Notes: generated by a model not told the origin, from the sequence alone. 64,000 nucleotides of DNA from Thermoplasmatota archaeon (GCA_041601615.1 JBFIHX010000002.1:128001-192000), one strand, 5' to 3'. Numbered from the stretch's first letter, positions 28,883 to 38,681 are shown. A program made the numbers and translations.

Positions 28883-30529
28883 GTGGCCCGCGCCGTCGTC
28901 AACGCCCGCATCTACCCCATGGACTCCCCGGAGCGCACGGAAACTGCTCTGCTCGAAGAGCATGGCCGCATCGTGCTCGTAGGTAGCGACGAGGAAGTCC
29001 GCGCCGCCGCCAAGCGCATCGGAGCCCCCGTGGAAGACCTGGAGGGCTGCGTAGTGCTGCCTGGCTTCGTAGACGCACACATGCACTTTCTGCACGTCGG
29101 CGTCAAACAAACCCGGCCTGACCTCTCCGGCGCCTCCAGCAAAACCGAGGCGCTGGAGCGAGTGCGGTCCTGGTTGGCAGCAAACCCCGGCAGCGGCCCC
29201 GTGACTGCGGAAGGCTGGGACGAAGCCGAATGGCACGGTGACACACCGCCGACCCTTGCCGAACTCGACGAACTAGCACCCGACCGCCCCCTCGTGCTCC
29301 GGCGCATCTGCGGACACAAAGCAGTCGCCAATACCCACGCCTTGTCCGTAGTGCAGGCACGCTGGAGTGACCCCGAAAAGGTGCACCCCGACGGGGTCCT
29401 GTTGGAGGAACCGAGCCTGTTTCTCAACGAAGTGCTCCCGGAAGATCCCGAGTTGCTTGACAAGGCGCTGCGCGTTGCCTGCGCCGAAGCGCATCGGCTC
29501 GGAGTCACCACCATTGGGGATTTCGAGCAGGCTCCGTTGCGTGCAGCACTTATTCGAGGCGTCGAAAGCGGTGCTCTTTCTGTGCGCGTCAACTGCAGCA
29601 TCTACCCGCAGCAACTGGACGCAGCCCTTGCCGAGGGGTTCCGGACAGGTCGCGTGCCCGGTACTGCTGGCGCGCTCGAACCTGCTGACAGTTCCATTGT
29701 GAAGCCGGAACGCGCCGCTGGATCCACCACAGCCCAGAGCCAAGCCCAAGAAGACCCAAGCTCCCTTCCCGGCATCCTCCTTCGCGACGGTGGCATGAAG
29801 GTGTTTCTGGACGGCAGCATCGGCGGACACACCGCGCTCCTGCTGGAACCCTACACGGACAAACCTGACACCCGGGGCACCAAGATCTGGACCGATGCGC
29901 AACTAGACGACCTCTTCTGGCGCGGTCACGAAGCAGGCATCCAGCTCATGGTTCACGTCATCGGGGATGGCGCCGTAGAACAAGGGCTTCAGGCCTACGA
30001 GCGCCTTTCCGCCCGCGTCGGGGTTGCAGCAATCAAATCGATGCGCCACCGATTCGAGCACTACGAAATCGTACACGACGACCAGGTGCAACGCACTGCG
30101 GTGCTGGGACTTGTGCCATGTAGCCAACCCAACTTTGTCGGCGTTTGGAGCAGCAAAGGTGGGCTGTACGAAGAACGCCTAGGCCACCGCTACGGCGCCA
30201 ACAATCGATTCCAGACCTTCAAGGCCGCCGGGATCCGACTCAGCTTTGGCAGCGACGGGATGCCCTTTGGCCCCCTAGTCGGACTCGACGCAGCAATCCA
30301 CCATCCAGACCCTGCTGAACGCATGACCATTGAGGAAGCGATTTGGCACTACACCTCAGAAGCCGCCTGGAGTTTGCACCGCGAGGACGAAGTAGGCACC
30401 TTACAGCCAGGGCGACTTGCAGATTGGATCGTTTTGGACCGAAAGGACTTGCACGAGGCGCCCAAAAAGTGGGTGGTCCAGGAGACAGTCCTAGGCGGGA
30501 CCACTTGTTTTCAAGCGCCCATTTCATGA
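28883..30529 (+). CDS. Amidohydrolase-3 (YtcJ-like) metal-dependent hydrolase
   Basis: NARIY, PGFVDAHMH, RICGH...N, KVFLDGSIGGHTA, HVIGD, HRFEH, GSD, GTLQPGRLAD. Start trimmed to GTG 28883. Confidence 0.9.
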   Translation: MARAVVNARIYPMDSPERTETALLEEHGRIVLVGSDEEVRAAAKRIGAPVEDLEGCVVLPGFVDAHMHFLHVGVKQTRPDLSGASSKTEALERVRSWLAANPGSGPVTAEGWDEAEWHGDTPPTLAELDELAPDRPLVLRRICGHKAVANTHALSVVQARWSDPEKVHPDGVLLEEPSLFLNEVLPEDPELLDKALRVACAEAHRLGVTTIGDFEQAPLRAALIRGVESGALSVRVNCSIYPQQLDAALAEGFRTGRVPGTAGALEPADSSIVKPERAAGSTTAQSQAQEDPSSLPGILLRDGGMKVFLDGSIGGHTALLLEPYTDKPDTRGTKIWTDAQLDDLFWRGHEAGIQLMVHVIGDGAVEQGLQAYERLSARVGVAAIKSMRHRFEHYEIVHDDQVQRTAVLGLVPCSQPNFVGVWSSKGGLYEERLGHRYGANNRFQTFKAAGIRLSFGSDGMPFGPLVGLDAAIHHPDPAERMTIEEAIWHYTSEAAWSLHREDEVGTLQPGRLADWIVLDRKDLHEAPKKWVVQETVLGGTTCFQAPIS

Positions 30530-30615
30530 GTTTGGGCCTTTACGTGGTGATGAAAACAATGTCGTGCCCCTGAACCCGTTGTTTGCAGATATCCATCAGC
30601 ATGACTGCCTAGGGG

Positions 30616-30632
30616 TTGATTTCGCGTGGAAC
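30616..30632 (-). promoter_or_regulatory. Mini-ORB-like box (no G-string)
   Basis: Minus strand GTTCCACGCGAAATCAA. Confidence 0.5.
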
Positions 30633-30667
30633 TGGGCCAACAGGAGTGGGGGTGGATGAAAGGGGGG

Positions 30668-30689
30668 ACCCTAGCATTGCTTATGGAAC
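30668..30689 (-). promoter_or_regulatory. ORB-like box 3
   Basis: Minus strand GTTCCATAAGCAATGCTAGGGT; 16/22 identical to box 1. Confidence 0.6.
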
Positions 30690-30833
30690 TGCAAAAAGGG
30701 TAAGGATGACCAAGAACGAGATGAATACTGGATGAAATAGACCCTGGTGCGTCAAGCACGACCATATCATAAACCCTCGGGAAAAATTTTCGCCAAAAGA
30801 AGCCCGTTTTTGCCGGTCCCTTAGAGAAAATCC

Positions 30834-30855
30834 GTTCCAGGAGCAATCAAGGGGT
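30834..30855 (+). promoter_or_regulatory. ORB-like box 4
   Basis: GTTCCAGGAGCAATCAAGGGGT; 17/22 identical to box 1; inverted partner of box 3 around A/T tracts. Confidence 0.65.
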
Positions 30856-31351
30856 CCCCCCTCTCCCGCCAGGGTTCACTCTCGTAGGCCTCCGAATGGA
30901 CTGCAGGAAAGAACGGCGACCGAAGCTCCACTTCCCGGCATGAAGTTCTTTGACAGGCCTGGGGGTTTCGTAGCACTTCCAAATATGCCCGCAACAGCAC
31001 AAGAAATTTTGTGAAAATTAAGGCAAGCTGGACGAGCTCGTGGATGACTGAACTGAATCCCCGATGCCTGAGCTAGGTTATGGATGCCAGGGCTGAATCA
31101 TTCCTGACTAAACCGACTCGTGATTTTCTCTGCCCTGACGAGCATGGCGCCCCAGGCCACACCATGCCTTCGCAATCACAAGCTCCGCTCCGCATTCTTC
31201 AGGGTTTTGCAAATTCCATCTGTTCAAGCAAACAGGCTCCATTCGGGTAGCCGCCAGGCGTTCTAGGGTCATCAACGGCGCGCTTGGGTGCGCCGCGACT
31301 CAGGGGTAACCAACTCGCTCTCGAAAGAGAACGGCTTTCTCCCGGAAGGCA

Positions 31352-33088
31352 ATGGTACGCTTGGCCATGGCGATCACACGCAGTGCCACCGCACTCCTTC
31401 CTGCCACTGATTTGGTGGCCATCCGCACCCGCCTCGCCGAGCAGTACGGCAGCGAGCTCTACGAGGCAGACGATGACCGGCGCATCCTGTGCATCCACGT
31501 TCCACGCGCCGAGCCAGACCCTGTCAACGACGTGGAGGCCGCCGTAGAGTACCTCGACCCCACCGACGTAGGTGCGGCAACCCAAGTGCTCCTCATCGGC
31601 ACCCAGCGCATGGCCCAAGTGTACGCCGAACCCCTGAAACAACTCGTCCAAGAGCGCGTTCGCACAGACCAACGCATCGCGGACGAATGGCGCCAACGCC
31701 TCCCCGGGACGCTTTCGCACGAATTTTTCAAAGACCCCGCTGACCCACGCCGCCGCTCACGCCTGGTCGTCCGATTGCCCGTCGGCTCCATGGCCGAAGT
31801 CGAAGACAGTTTGCTGGAACCCCTTGCCGACGAATTGGGGCCGCAAGTGGACACGCCCCGCGTCAAGAGCCTCGCCGCAGTCTACCTCATCTCCGCCCGC
31901 GACCACGTGCGCCTCGCGCCAGATGTGTTCATCCAGGAACTCTTGCGAAAATGGCGCGACGAGGATCGCCGCATGCGCGCCCAAGCCGCCCGCGAACTCG
32001 AAAAGCAAGCAGAACGGGAGCGCAAGGAAATCGAACGCCGCCGCCTGATGGCTGACTTGGACCGTACCCTCGGCCGAAGCGAACGCGTCGCCCGCGCCCC
32101 CCTGCGGCGCCACCAGACCCCTTCGAATCGCGTTGACTCGTTGCTCGGACACGGCCGCCACTTGGATCTCACCCCAGGTACCCGACTCAGCGCTCGTACT
32201 CTCGCGGAGCAAAAGCAACCCTCGACGTCCAATGAACCTCCTGGCGCCACCCAGGACCACGACTCAGGGCACACGGGAGCCCGCGAACACCGCTTTGGCA
32301 CCAACTACCAATATCTAGATGCCGTGTTGGGGCGAGGTGCTCCGACAGGACAGGATTCCGCCACCCCGGGTCACTTCGGCGCGACCCCGCCGTCGCCACG
32401 AGCGCAAGAACCTGCACTAGGGACGAAAGAACCTGCGCCGCCTCTAGCACGGACACCCAGTTCCGGTCCACGCTCGCAAGTCGCCGGAACCCCTCGGTCG
32501 GCCCCAGAACCTAGCTACCCTCGAGCTGCCTTGGCATCCACGGACGACGTGATCCAGACTCGTGGCCCGAGCAGGGGCCCAAGCAGTGCTTCAAGGAGCA
32601 CCGCGCACCCTTCTCGCGCCACTCCGGCTGCCACACCGGCATCCTCTCAGGCAGCTTCCTCGTCCGGCCCCGCCGCAGAAACGGCCGTGGTGGAACACAA
32701 CCACCGCATGGAGCGCATCAAAAACCGCGTCGACGGCCTTGGCAAGCGCGCCGTCGAACTCAACGACCGACCCGGCGGGCGCCTCGGCCGCATCGCAGAG
32801 CACCTCATGGACTGTGGCTTTGACGTATTGGTTCGCCCCGAGACCCCGGGAGCCCGCATCGACCTCGCTGCAGAACGACCCGAGGGCAATCCACAACGGA
32901 TTGTGCTTCGCCTCGAGGACAAACTCACCGTGGCGGCCGCCAACAAGGGACTAGAGTTGGCACGAACACTGGACGTGGACCAAGTGGTCGTTGTTGCAGA
33001 GCACGCCGATCCCGAAGCGGAGCGACGCCTTCTGGCCACCAAGGTCCAATGGCTGACTCCCACGGACTTGGCAAAGGCACGTTTGTGA
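31352..33088 (+). CDS. Hypothetical protein: N-terminal globular domain, coiled coil, disordered linker, C-terminal Mrr/restriction-endonuclease-like domain
   Basis: Long ORF with host-like codon usage; C-terminal IAEHLMDCGFDV...RIDLAAER...RIVLRL...VVVVAEHADPEA resembles a PD-(D/E)xK fold lacking ExK. Confidence 0.75.
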   Translation: MVRLAMAITRSATALLPATDLVAIRTRLAEQYGSELYEADDDRRILCIHVPRAEPDPVNDVEAAVEYLDPTDVGAATQVLLIGTQRMAQVYAEPLKQLVQERVRTDQRIADEWRQRLPGTLSHEFFKDPADPRRRSRLVVRLPVGSMAEVEDSLLEPLADELGPQVDTPRVKSLAAVYLISARDHVRLAPDVFIQELLRKWRDEDRRMRAQAARELEKQAERERKEIERRRLMADLDRTLGRSERVARAPLRRHQTPSNRVDSLLGHGRHLDLTPGTRLSARTLAEQKQPSTSNEPPGATQDHDSGHTGAREHRFGTNYQYLDAVLGRGAPTGQDSATPGHFGATPPSPRAQEPALGTKEPAPPLARTPSSGPRSQVAGTPRSAPEPSYPRAALASTDDVIQTRGPSRGPSSASRSTAHPSRATPAATPASSQAASSSGPAAETAVVEHNHRMERIKNRVDGLGKRAVELNDRPGGRLGRIAEHLMDCGFDVLVRPETPGARIDLAAERPEGNPQRIVLRLEDKLTVAAANKGLELARTLDVDQVVVVAEHADPEAERRLLATKVQWLTPTDLAKARL

Positions 33089-33449
33089 ACCAAGCGCACT
33101 CAGGCGCGAGGACCGAGCAAAAGCCACGAAGGAACGAATGGAATCGCACCTTGGTGGGCCCGAATCAGACCAGGGCACAGCGAGTCGATCGCAGCAAGCT
33201 GAAGCTTCGAGGAATGCCAAGGCAACTTCGGAGACAAGCACCACGGATATCGCACGCACGGGATGGGCTGAATCAGGACAATTTGGCCGCGGCTGCGTGC
33301 CTGGAGCGCCCTACTGAGCCCCTGGAATTACACCGCCTTCGCAGGAGCTTGCCCGCCCTTTCGCCCAACGCAAGAACCAGATGCGCCCCCCGGCTCCAAG
33401 TTCCTAGGTCCCCCCGCCTTGGACGGACCTGAGCAAGAGGGAACGCCGC

Positions 33450-34718
33450 ATGCACACCGTCAGCACCGATTGTCAAGCCCTAGATGCACTCTTGGACGGC
33501 GGTCTCGAATCCGACGCCATCACCCTGGTGTTCGGAGAGGGTGGCAGCGGCAAAACCAACCTCGCACTGCAATGCGCTCGCGTAGCCATCGCCGGCGGCC
33601 AGCGCGTCGCCTACGTGGACACGGAAGGCGTGAGCGAAAAACGGCTTGCACAAGTGTTCAACGCCCTGCCCGACGAGGGACGCGAAGGCGCCATCGAACG
33701 GTTGCTGTTCTACAAGCCCTTTTCCATCGACGAACAGGAGAAGATGGTCAAGAAAACCGCCCTCTTGAAGGACGTCGGTCTGATTGTTGTGGACTCCGTC
33801 AACATGCACTACCGGCTCCACATCGATGCACCCGGAGGCGAAAAGGAAGCCGGCCAAAGCCTGCTTGCCCAACTGCATCACTTGACCATGCACGCTCGGC
33901 GCCACCACATCCCCGTGCTCATCACAGGCCAAGTGTACGGAGGCGAAGACGCGACGCAACCGTTTGCCCGCCGCACCATGGAACACCTCGTCAAAGCGCT
34001 CGTTCGCTTCGAGAAACGACCCGATGGCACCCGCCGCGCCACCGTCCTCAAACATCGCAGCATTGAGGAGGGCAGACAGGTCCGGTTTGTCATTGGGCCC
34101 AACGGACTTGAAGACCTAGCCCAGGCACGAACCTCTGGTTCCGTAGGCGCAGGCGCGGGCAGGGGCGTGGGCGCGGACAAACCCGCTTTGGGAACATCCA
34201 ATGTGGCACGGCCCTCGGCGACGAATGCCGCCGGAACACCGCAGAGGCTGAGCCCAGAAGAGGCGCGTGCTCGCTTCGAGCGCTTGCGACAAGCCCAGGC
34301 CGAAGCAGGGGACGAATCAGGGTCGGAAATGAGCGCGGCCTCCATGGCCGATCCGGTGCGACACTCGACCATCGGAATCGAATCGAAGAACGAACTCGAA
34401 TCGGCCACCGAGGAAGAACCAAGCCTCGATGCCGCAATCGAACCGGGAATGCAACGCCACCCTGCTCAATCAGACCCAATTCCAATTCCCGCAGACACAC
34501 CGCCGTCCGAAACAGCCACGAACCCCATAGCTTCGGGCCAGGCGGCAGACGCGCCCTCGGCACCCCTCCGCGCCCACGACGACGCAACCGATGAATCGGA
34601 CGCCCCCGAGGGCCCGGCGACCGAACTCATGACCGAAACCGAGCGCAACGAGGCCGAATCCTTGCCTGGATTCACCTCCGCCAACAAAATTCCGCGCAGC
34701 GGGGAACAACCCTCCTGA
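33450..34718 (+). CDS. radB: DNA repair and recombination protein RadB with a long acidic tail
   Basis: LDALLDGG, GEGGSGKTN, YVDTEG, LIVVDS, KHRS basic patch; about 190 aa low-complexity C-terminus. Confidence 0.9.
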   Translation: MHTVSTDCQALDALLDGGLESDAITLVFGEGGSGKTNLALQCARVAIAGGQRVAYVDTEGVSEKRLAQVFNALPDEGREGAIERLLFYKPFSIDEQEKMVKKTALLKDVGLIVVDSVNMHYRLHIDAPGGEKEAGQSLLAQLHHLTMHARRHHIPVLITGQVYGGEDATQPFARRTMEHLVKALVRFEKRPDGTRRATVLKHRSIEEGRQVRFVIGPNGLEDLAQARTSGSVGAGAGRGVGADKPALGTSNVARPSATNAAGTPQRLSPEEARARFERLRQAQAEAGDESGSEMSAASMADPVRHSTIGIESKNELESATEEEPSLDAAIEPGMQRHPAQSDPIPIPADTPPSETATNPIASGQAADAPSAPLRAHDDATDESDAPEGPATELMTETERNEAESLPGFTSANKIPRSGEQPS

Positions 34719-34792
34719 GCCCCCAGAGGGACCCGGCCGGGGGCCCTGATGCCAAAAAAACCATAAGGTACGAGGCTCCCACGTATCTTGCT

Positions 34793-35695
34793 ATGCGCAC
34801 GTTGTCCCGACTCGGCGTACCGATTCTGTTGTTGCTTGCAGCCTGCTTGGTCCAAGCCTCAGCCCAGCCCATCGCCCCAGACGGACCCCCGGTCGCGCCC
34901 GACGGCCTCGTCCCCGAGGACCCACTGATCGACCCAGAAGCCCTCTCCGAATTCAAGGAACTAGGCCCCGTCCTGGACCTCGTACGTGGTGAAGAAGGCG
35001 GCGCCGCACCACCCGAAGAGGACACCGCCGCGCCGTCCGAGCCCGGATTCGCCGACCGTGTACGCGCTGCCATGCAAGACAAACTGCTCACCGCAGGCCT
35101 CGCAGGCGTGGTTGCGGCCGCGCTGGGTGCGGCTGGATTCGGCCTCGTGACGCGCTACGTCAGCCCCAAAGAGGCCCTCAAAAATCCGCAGCGAGCCATG
35201 CTGTACGGCTTCATCCGCGCCACCCCCGGCGCGCACCTGAAGCAACTCTCGGACGAATTCGTCATGAAAACCAGCAGCATCCTATGGCACATCCGCAAGC
35301 TCGAAGCGGCAGAACTGGTGCACAGCGACCGCGTCAACGGCTACCGAGTCTTCTACCCCGTCGACGGCGGCATCGAAGCCAAGCGCGTCAGTCGCGCCAT
35401 CACCGCCCTGCAAAACGACAACGCCAAAGCAATCTTCGAAACCATCCAACGGGACACCGGCTGCACCACGCGCGCCATTGCCGAACGCCTCAGCTTGCAC
35501 GGCGGCACCGCCCGCTGGCACCTGAAAAAACTGCGCGACCACGGCCTCCTAGAGGAACTGGTACGCGACGACGGCTCCCGCTTCTACAACACGCCGCTGG
35601 GCGACCGCGCCATCGAGGCCATGATGGGCCGCCCCGTCGAACCCGCCAGGGTCCTCCCCCGGCGCGCCCCCGTTCCCCTTCCCGCTTCCGAGTGA
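34793..35695 (+). CDS. Membrane-anchored double winged-helix regulator
   Basis: Signal peptide, acidic linker, TM helix, then two wHTH repeats (PGAHLKQL...WHIRKLE; TRAIAERL...RWHLKKL). Confidence 0.82.
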   Translation: MRTLSRLGVPILLLLAACLVQASAQPIAPDGPPVAPDGLVPEDPLIDPEALSEFKELGPVLDLVRGEEGGAAPPEEDTAAPSEPGFADRVRAAMQDKLLTAGLAGVVAAALGAAGFGLVTRYVSPKEALKNPQRAMLYGFIRATPGAHLKQLSDEFVMKTSSILWHIRKLEAAELVHSDRVNGYRVFYPVDGGIEAKRVSRAITALQNDNAKAIFETIQRDTGCTTRAIAERLSLHGGTARWHLKKLRDHGLLEELVRDDGSRFYNTPLGDRAIEAMMGRPVEPARVLPRRAPVPLPASE

Positions 35696-35700
35696 TCCAC

Positions 35701-36525
35701 ATGTACAGAACCGCCACCATCCTCCTGCTGCTCGCCCTCATTCCCGTTGCGCTTGCGCAGGCGCCCGTGGACCCCAACGATCCACTGGGCCTCGGCGAGG
35801 ACCCCGAACCCGCAGAGCAGGCCCCTGACCTGGCACCCGGGCAATCGGGCGACGACCCCGCCGGCGGCGTCACCGACCCGGTCCAAGGAAACGACGGAGG
35901 CATCGATTGGGGACGTGGCATCGTCTGGGGCGTTGGCATCGGCGGCGTCGGACTCGCAGCACTCGCCGGCATTGCCTACTACCTCGGCATCGGGGGATTG
36001 CGGCACGTGGACAAACACAACGTCCTCGAACACCCGATGCGCAAGAGCCTGCTCGAAGTGGTGGAATCCGAACCCGGCGTTCACTTGCGCGAACTCGCAA
36101 CACGCCACGGCACCGCAGTCACCAACACCCAATGGCATCTGCGCAAACTAGAGATGGCCGGGCTCGTCAAGACGCAAAAAGTCCAGGGCCGACGCCTCTA
36201 CTACCCCACCGCAGGCGGCGCCCAAGCCAAGCAAGTCGCCGTCCAGAATGCTGCAGTGCAAAACCCCAACGCCCGCCGCATCCTCGACTACCTCCAGACG
36301 CGCCCCGGCACGAACCAACGCAGCCTCGCAGAAGCCCTGGAGATGAACCCGGGCACCGTGCGCTGGCACTTGCGCAAAATGGAAGCCGCTGGCATGGTCA
36401 AGTGCATCCCCGACGGCACCCAAAGCTGCTATTTCCCGTTGGACACCACCGGACCAGGGACCTGGAGCGACGACTCCGACAGCAAGAAGGAAGCCATCCT
36501 CAGCGTCGACGGACCACGCAACTGA
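35701..36525 (+). CDS. Membrane-anchored double winged-helix regulator, tandem paralogue
   Basis: ATG 35701 MYRTATILLLLALIPVALAQA; Gly-rich TM helix; PGVHLREL...WHLRKLE; PGTNQRSL...RWHLRKME. Confidence 0.82.
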   Translation: MYRTATILLLLALIPVALAQAPVDPNDPLGLGEDPEPAEQAPDLAPGQSGDDPAGGVTDPVQGNDGGIDWGRGIVWGVGIGGVGLAALAGIAYYLGIGGLRHVDKHNVLEHPMRKSLLEVVESEPGVHLRELATRHGTAVTNTQWHLRKLEMAGLVKTQKVQGRRLYYPTAGGAQAKQVAVQNAAVQNPNARRILDYLQTRPGTNQRSLAEALEMNPGTVRWHLRKMEAAGMVKCIPDGTQSCYFPLDTTGPGTWSDDSDSKKEAILSVDGPRN

Positions 36526-36636
36526 ACGAGGCCAAAATCTGGCCCACAGTGCACACCGCAGCGTCGAGCATGACTCGGGCGCATTGAGCCGGAACCGAAA
36601 AGCAACCGCCTTCAGCACGCCGCCTTCTGGGTCCAT

Positions 36637-37854
36637 GTGCAGCGACGCGTCTTTGCCGGGCTCGCCCTCCTGTCCACCCTGCTTGGCGCCCCCTTGGCCC
36701 AAGCACAAACCGACCCCGTTCCGGTGCCTGCGCCGTTTGCACCGGCTGCCGCTGCACGCCCCGAGCGCCCATGGGACTCCTGGCTTGCGCCCTACGTGGA
36801 CACAGCCCTCGAACGTTTTCTGGGCGACATCGTTGCATGGGTCCTCGTGGGCCTACTGGTGGTCCTCGTCGTTGCACCCCTTCTGAAATGGGCAACCAAA
36901 CGCATCCCCGGCGACCTAGACAGCCACATCGTGGGCATCGTTAGCACCCCCTCCTTCGTGCTCGTGTTTGCCTTTGGAATCGTCGACAGCCTGCACCAAT
37001 TCGACCTTTCTTGGCGACTGGCAAGGAACCTCGACAACACCTGGAACGCCCTGCTCATCGTGGTGCTCACCTACGTGGCGTTCCGGCTCTGGCACGAAAT
37101 CCTGCGCGGCGTCGGAAAACAAGTCAGCGCACGCACCGAGACGGAACTGGACGACCAACTGTTTCCACTCATCGACAAAACCGGCGGCGTGATCATCATT
37201 CTCGTGGGCATCTGGCTCACCATCGGCAGCTTCGGCATCGACATGACGTTGTTTGCCGCCGGCAGCGCCATCGGCGGCCTCGTCATCGCGTTTGCCGCCC
37301 AAGACACTCTAGCCAACTTCTTTGCCGGCGTGCAGATCCTCATCGACCGGCCCTTTCGCGAAGGCGACCGCATCGAAATCAAGGACGAAAACACCTGGGG
37401 TGACGTGGTCGAAATCGGCTTGCGCACCACACGCGTGCGCACCCGCGACAACCGACTCGTGGCAATCCCCAACAGCATCATCGGCAACAACCCCGTCATC
37501 AACCACAGCTACCCCGACGCCAGCTACCGCCTCAACGCCTTCGTGGGCATCGCCTACGGCAGCGACATCGAACACGCGCGCAGCATTATGATCAACGCCG
37601 TGCAAGCGGCCGAAGGCGTAGACACAGACAAGCCCGTAGAGGCCCTGTTCTTGGAGTTCGGAGAAAGCAGCCTCAATTTCCGCGTCCGCTACTGGATTCC
37701 AAGCTACGCCGACACCAGGCGGACACTCGATCGCGTCAATACGGCGCTGGAGCGGGCGCTCCGGGAAGGCGGCGTGCAGATTCCGTTCCCGCAGAGGGTG
37801 CTATGGAACGGAGCGACGCCGGGGGCACCAATCGTGGGAGTAGGCGGGAACTGA
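36637..37854 (+). CDS. MscS-family mechanosensitive channel with extra TM helices
   Basis: IAFAAQDTLANFFAG, DRPFREGDRI, IGLRTTR, IPN, IPFPQR. Confidence 0.9.
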   Translation: MQRRVFAGLALLSTLLGAPLAQAQTDPVPVPAPFAPAAAARPERPWDSWLAPYVDTALERFLGDIVAWVLVGLLVVLVVAPLLKWATKRIPGDLDSHIVGIVSTPSFVLVFAFGIVDSLHQFDLSWRLARNLDNTWNALLIVVLTYVAFRLWHEILRGVGKQVSARTETELDDQLFPLIDKTGGVIIILVGIWLTIGSFGIDMTLFAAGSAIGGLVIAFAAQDTLANFFAGVQILIDRPFREGDRIEIKDENTWGDVVEIGLRTTRVRTRDNRLVAIPNSIIGNNPVINHSYPDASYRLNAFVGIAYGSDIEHARSIMINAVQAAEGVDTDKPVEALFLEFGESSLNFRVRYWIPSYADTRRTLDRVNTALERALREGGVQIPFPQRVLWNGATPGAPIVGVGGN

Positions 37855-37874
37855 AGGGTTCCAGGACCTCTGGC

Positions 37875-38681
37875 CTACTGCCCCTTCATCAACTCCCGCA
37901 ACCCCTCCAGGATGATGCGGGTGTGCCGAATGTCCTCGGCGTTGTAGTCGATCAAATCCTTCTTGACTTGAGGGTCGGCGCGGCGGCGGTAGCCACGGTA
38001 CATACGCAGCGCATGGTAGCCGTCCTTGACCTTGAGGCGCGGCTTCTCGTAGCCAAAGTACTGCGCCACCTTCTCCGACTTGAACTTCGAAACGGGCAGA
38101 TAGATGCGCTGGGTCTCGGGGTTGGCGGTGTAGACCACCTCGGTCTGCAGATCAAACCAGTTGACCTTGTTGACCCAACTGGGGTTGATGCCGTATTTCT
38201 CGCTCGCGCGGCGAAGCTGCACCGTGTCGCTGCTGGCACCACCCCACGTCACCATAGTGCCGCCTTGTTCGCAGAGGGCCTTGAAGTCGCGAAGCAGCTG
38301 TTCCTGGCCCTTGCGCGTGGTTTCGAACCAGCTCTGGACCTTCTCGGTCTTGTGGTCAAGCATCCCGTACAGGAAAATCTCGCTCACAGGGCCATCGAAC
38401 TCCAGGTCCATGTGGATGATGGGCTCGGGTAGATCGTAGATGCGGGGGTCGGCGGCGTAGATGACGGCCTTCTGTTCCACGTGCGCTTGCGCGAACCCTT
38501 GCAGGAGCGAAAGCTGGCCCAGGAAGCCCTCGTCGCCGGCAAATGCGGGACTGGCGCGCAGGTCCTCGATGTCGGCTTTCCAGAGCTTTTCGACCGTGTC
38601 GATGCCGGCCGATTGCAGACGCTGCGCTCGCCCCTCCTTGATCATGGGGAGGTCCGTGAGCGCAATTGGACGGCCCGACAC
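37875..38681 (-). CDS. RNase H-like (YprB/TM0106 C-terminal type) exonuclease with an N-terminal HhH-like domain
   Basis: RLQSAGIDTVEKL (HhH-like); HMDLEFD, TWGGASSD, YNAEDI acidic motifs. Confidence 0.75.
   Translation of the reverse strand: MSGRPIALTDLPMIKEGRAQRLQSAGIDTVEKLWKADIEDLRASPAFAGDEGFLGQLSLLQGFAQAHVEQKAVIYAADPRIYDLPEPIIHMDLEFDGPVSEIFLYGMLDHKTEKVQSWFETTRKGQEQLLRDFKALCEQGGTMVTWGGASSDTVQLRRASEKYGINPSWVNKVNWFDLQTEVVYTANPETQRIYLPVSKFKSEKVAQYFGYEKPRLKVKDGYHALRMYRGYRRRADPQVKKDLIDYNAEDIRHTRIILEGLRELMKGQ

Noticed and set aside
28600-28986. Poly-His (27 His) ORF, plus the poly-Pro, poly-Trp and poly-Val ORFs across the CAC tract
   Set aside because: These are reading-frame by-products of the microsatellite; the flanking residues are not protein-like and one frame crosses the ORB boxes.
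30511-30846. 111-aa minus-strand ORF in the second intergenic gap
   Set aside because: Atypical composition, no motif, and it overlaps the ORB-like boxes.
32951-33259. Minus-strand ORF with a signal-like start (MRAISVVLV...EASA) and Cys residues
   Set aside because: Acidic residues sit in the h-region and it overlaps the 31352 gene by about 140 bp; at best a decayed remnant.
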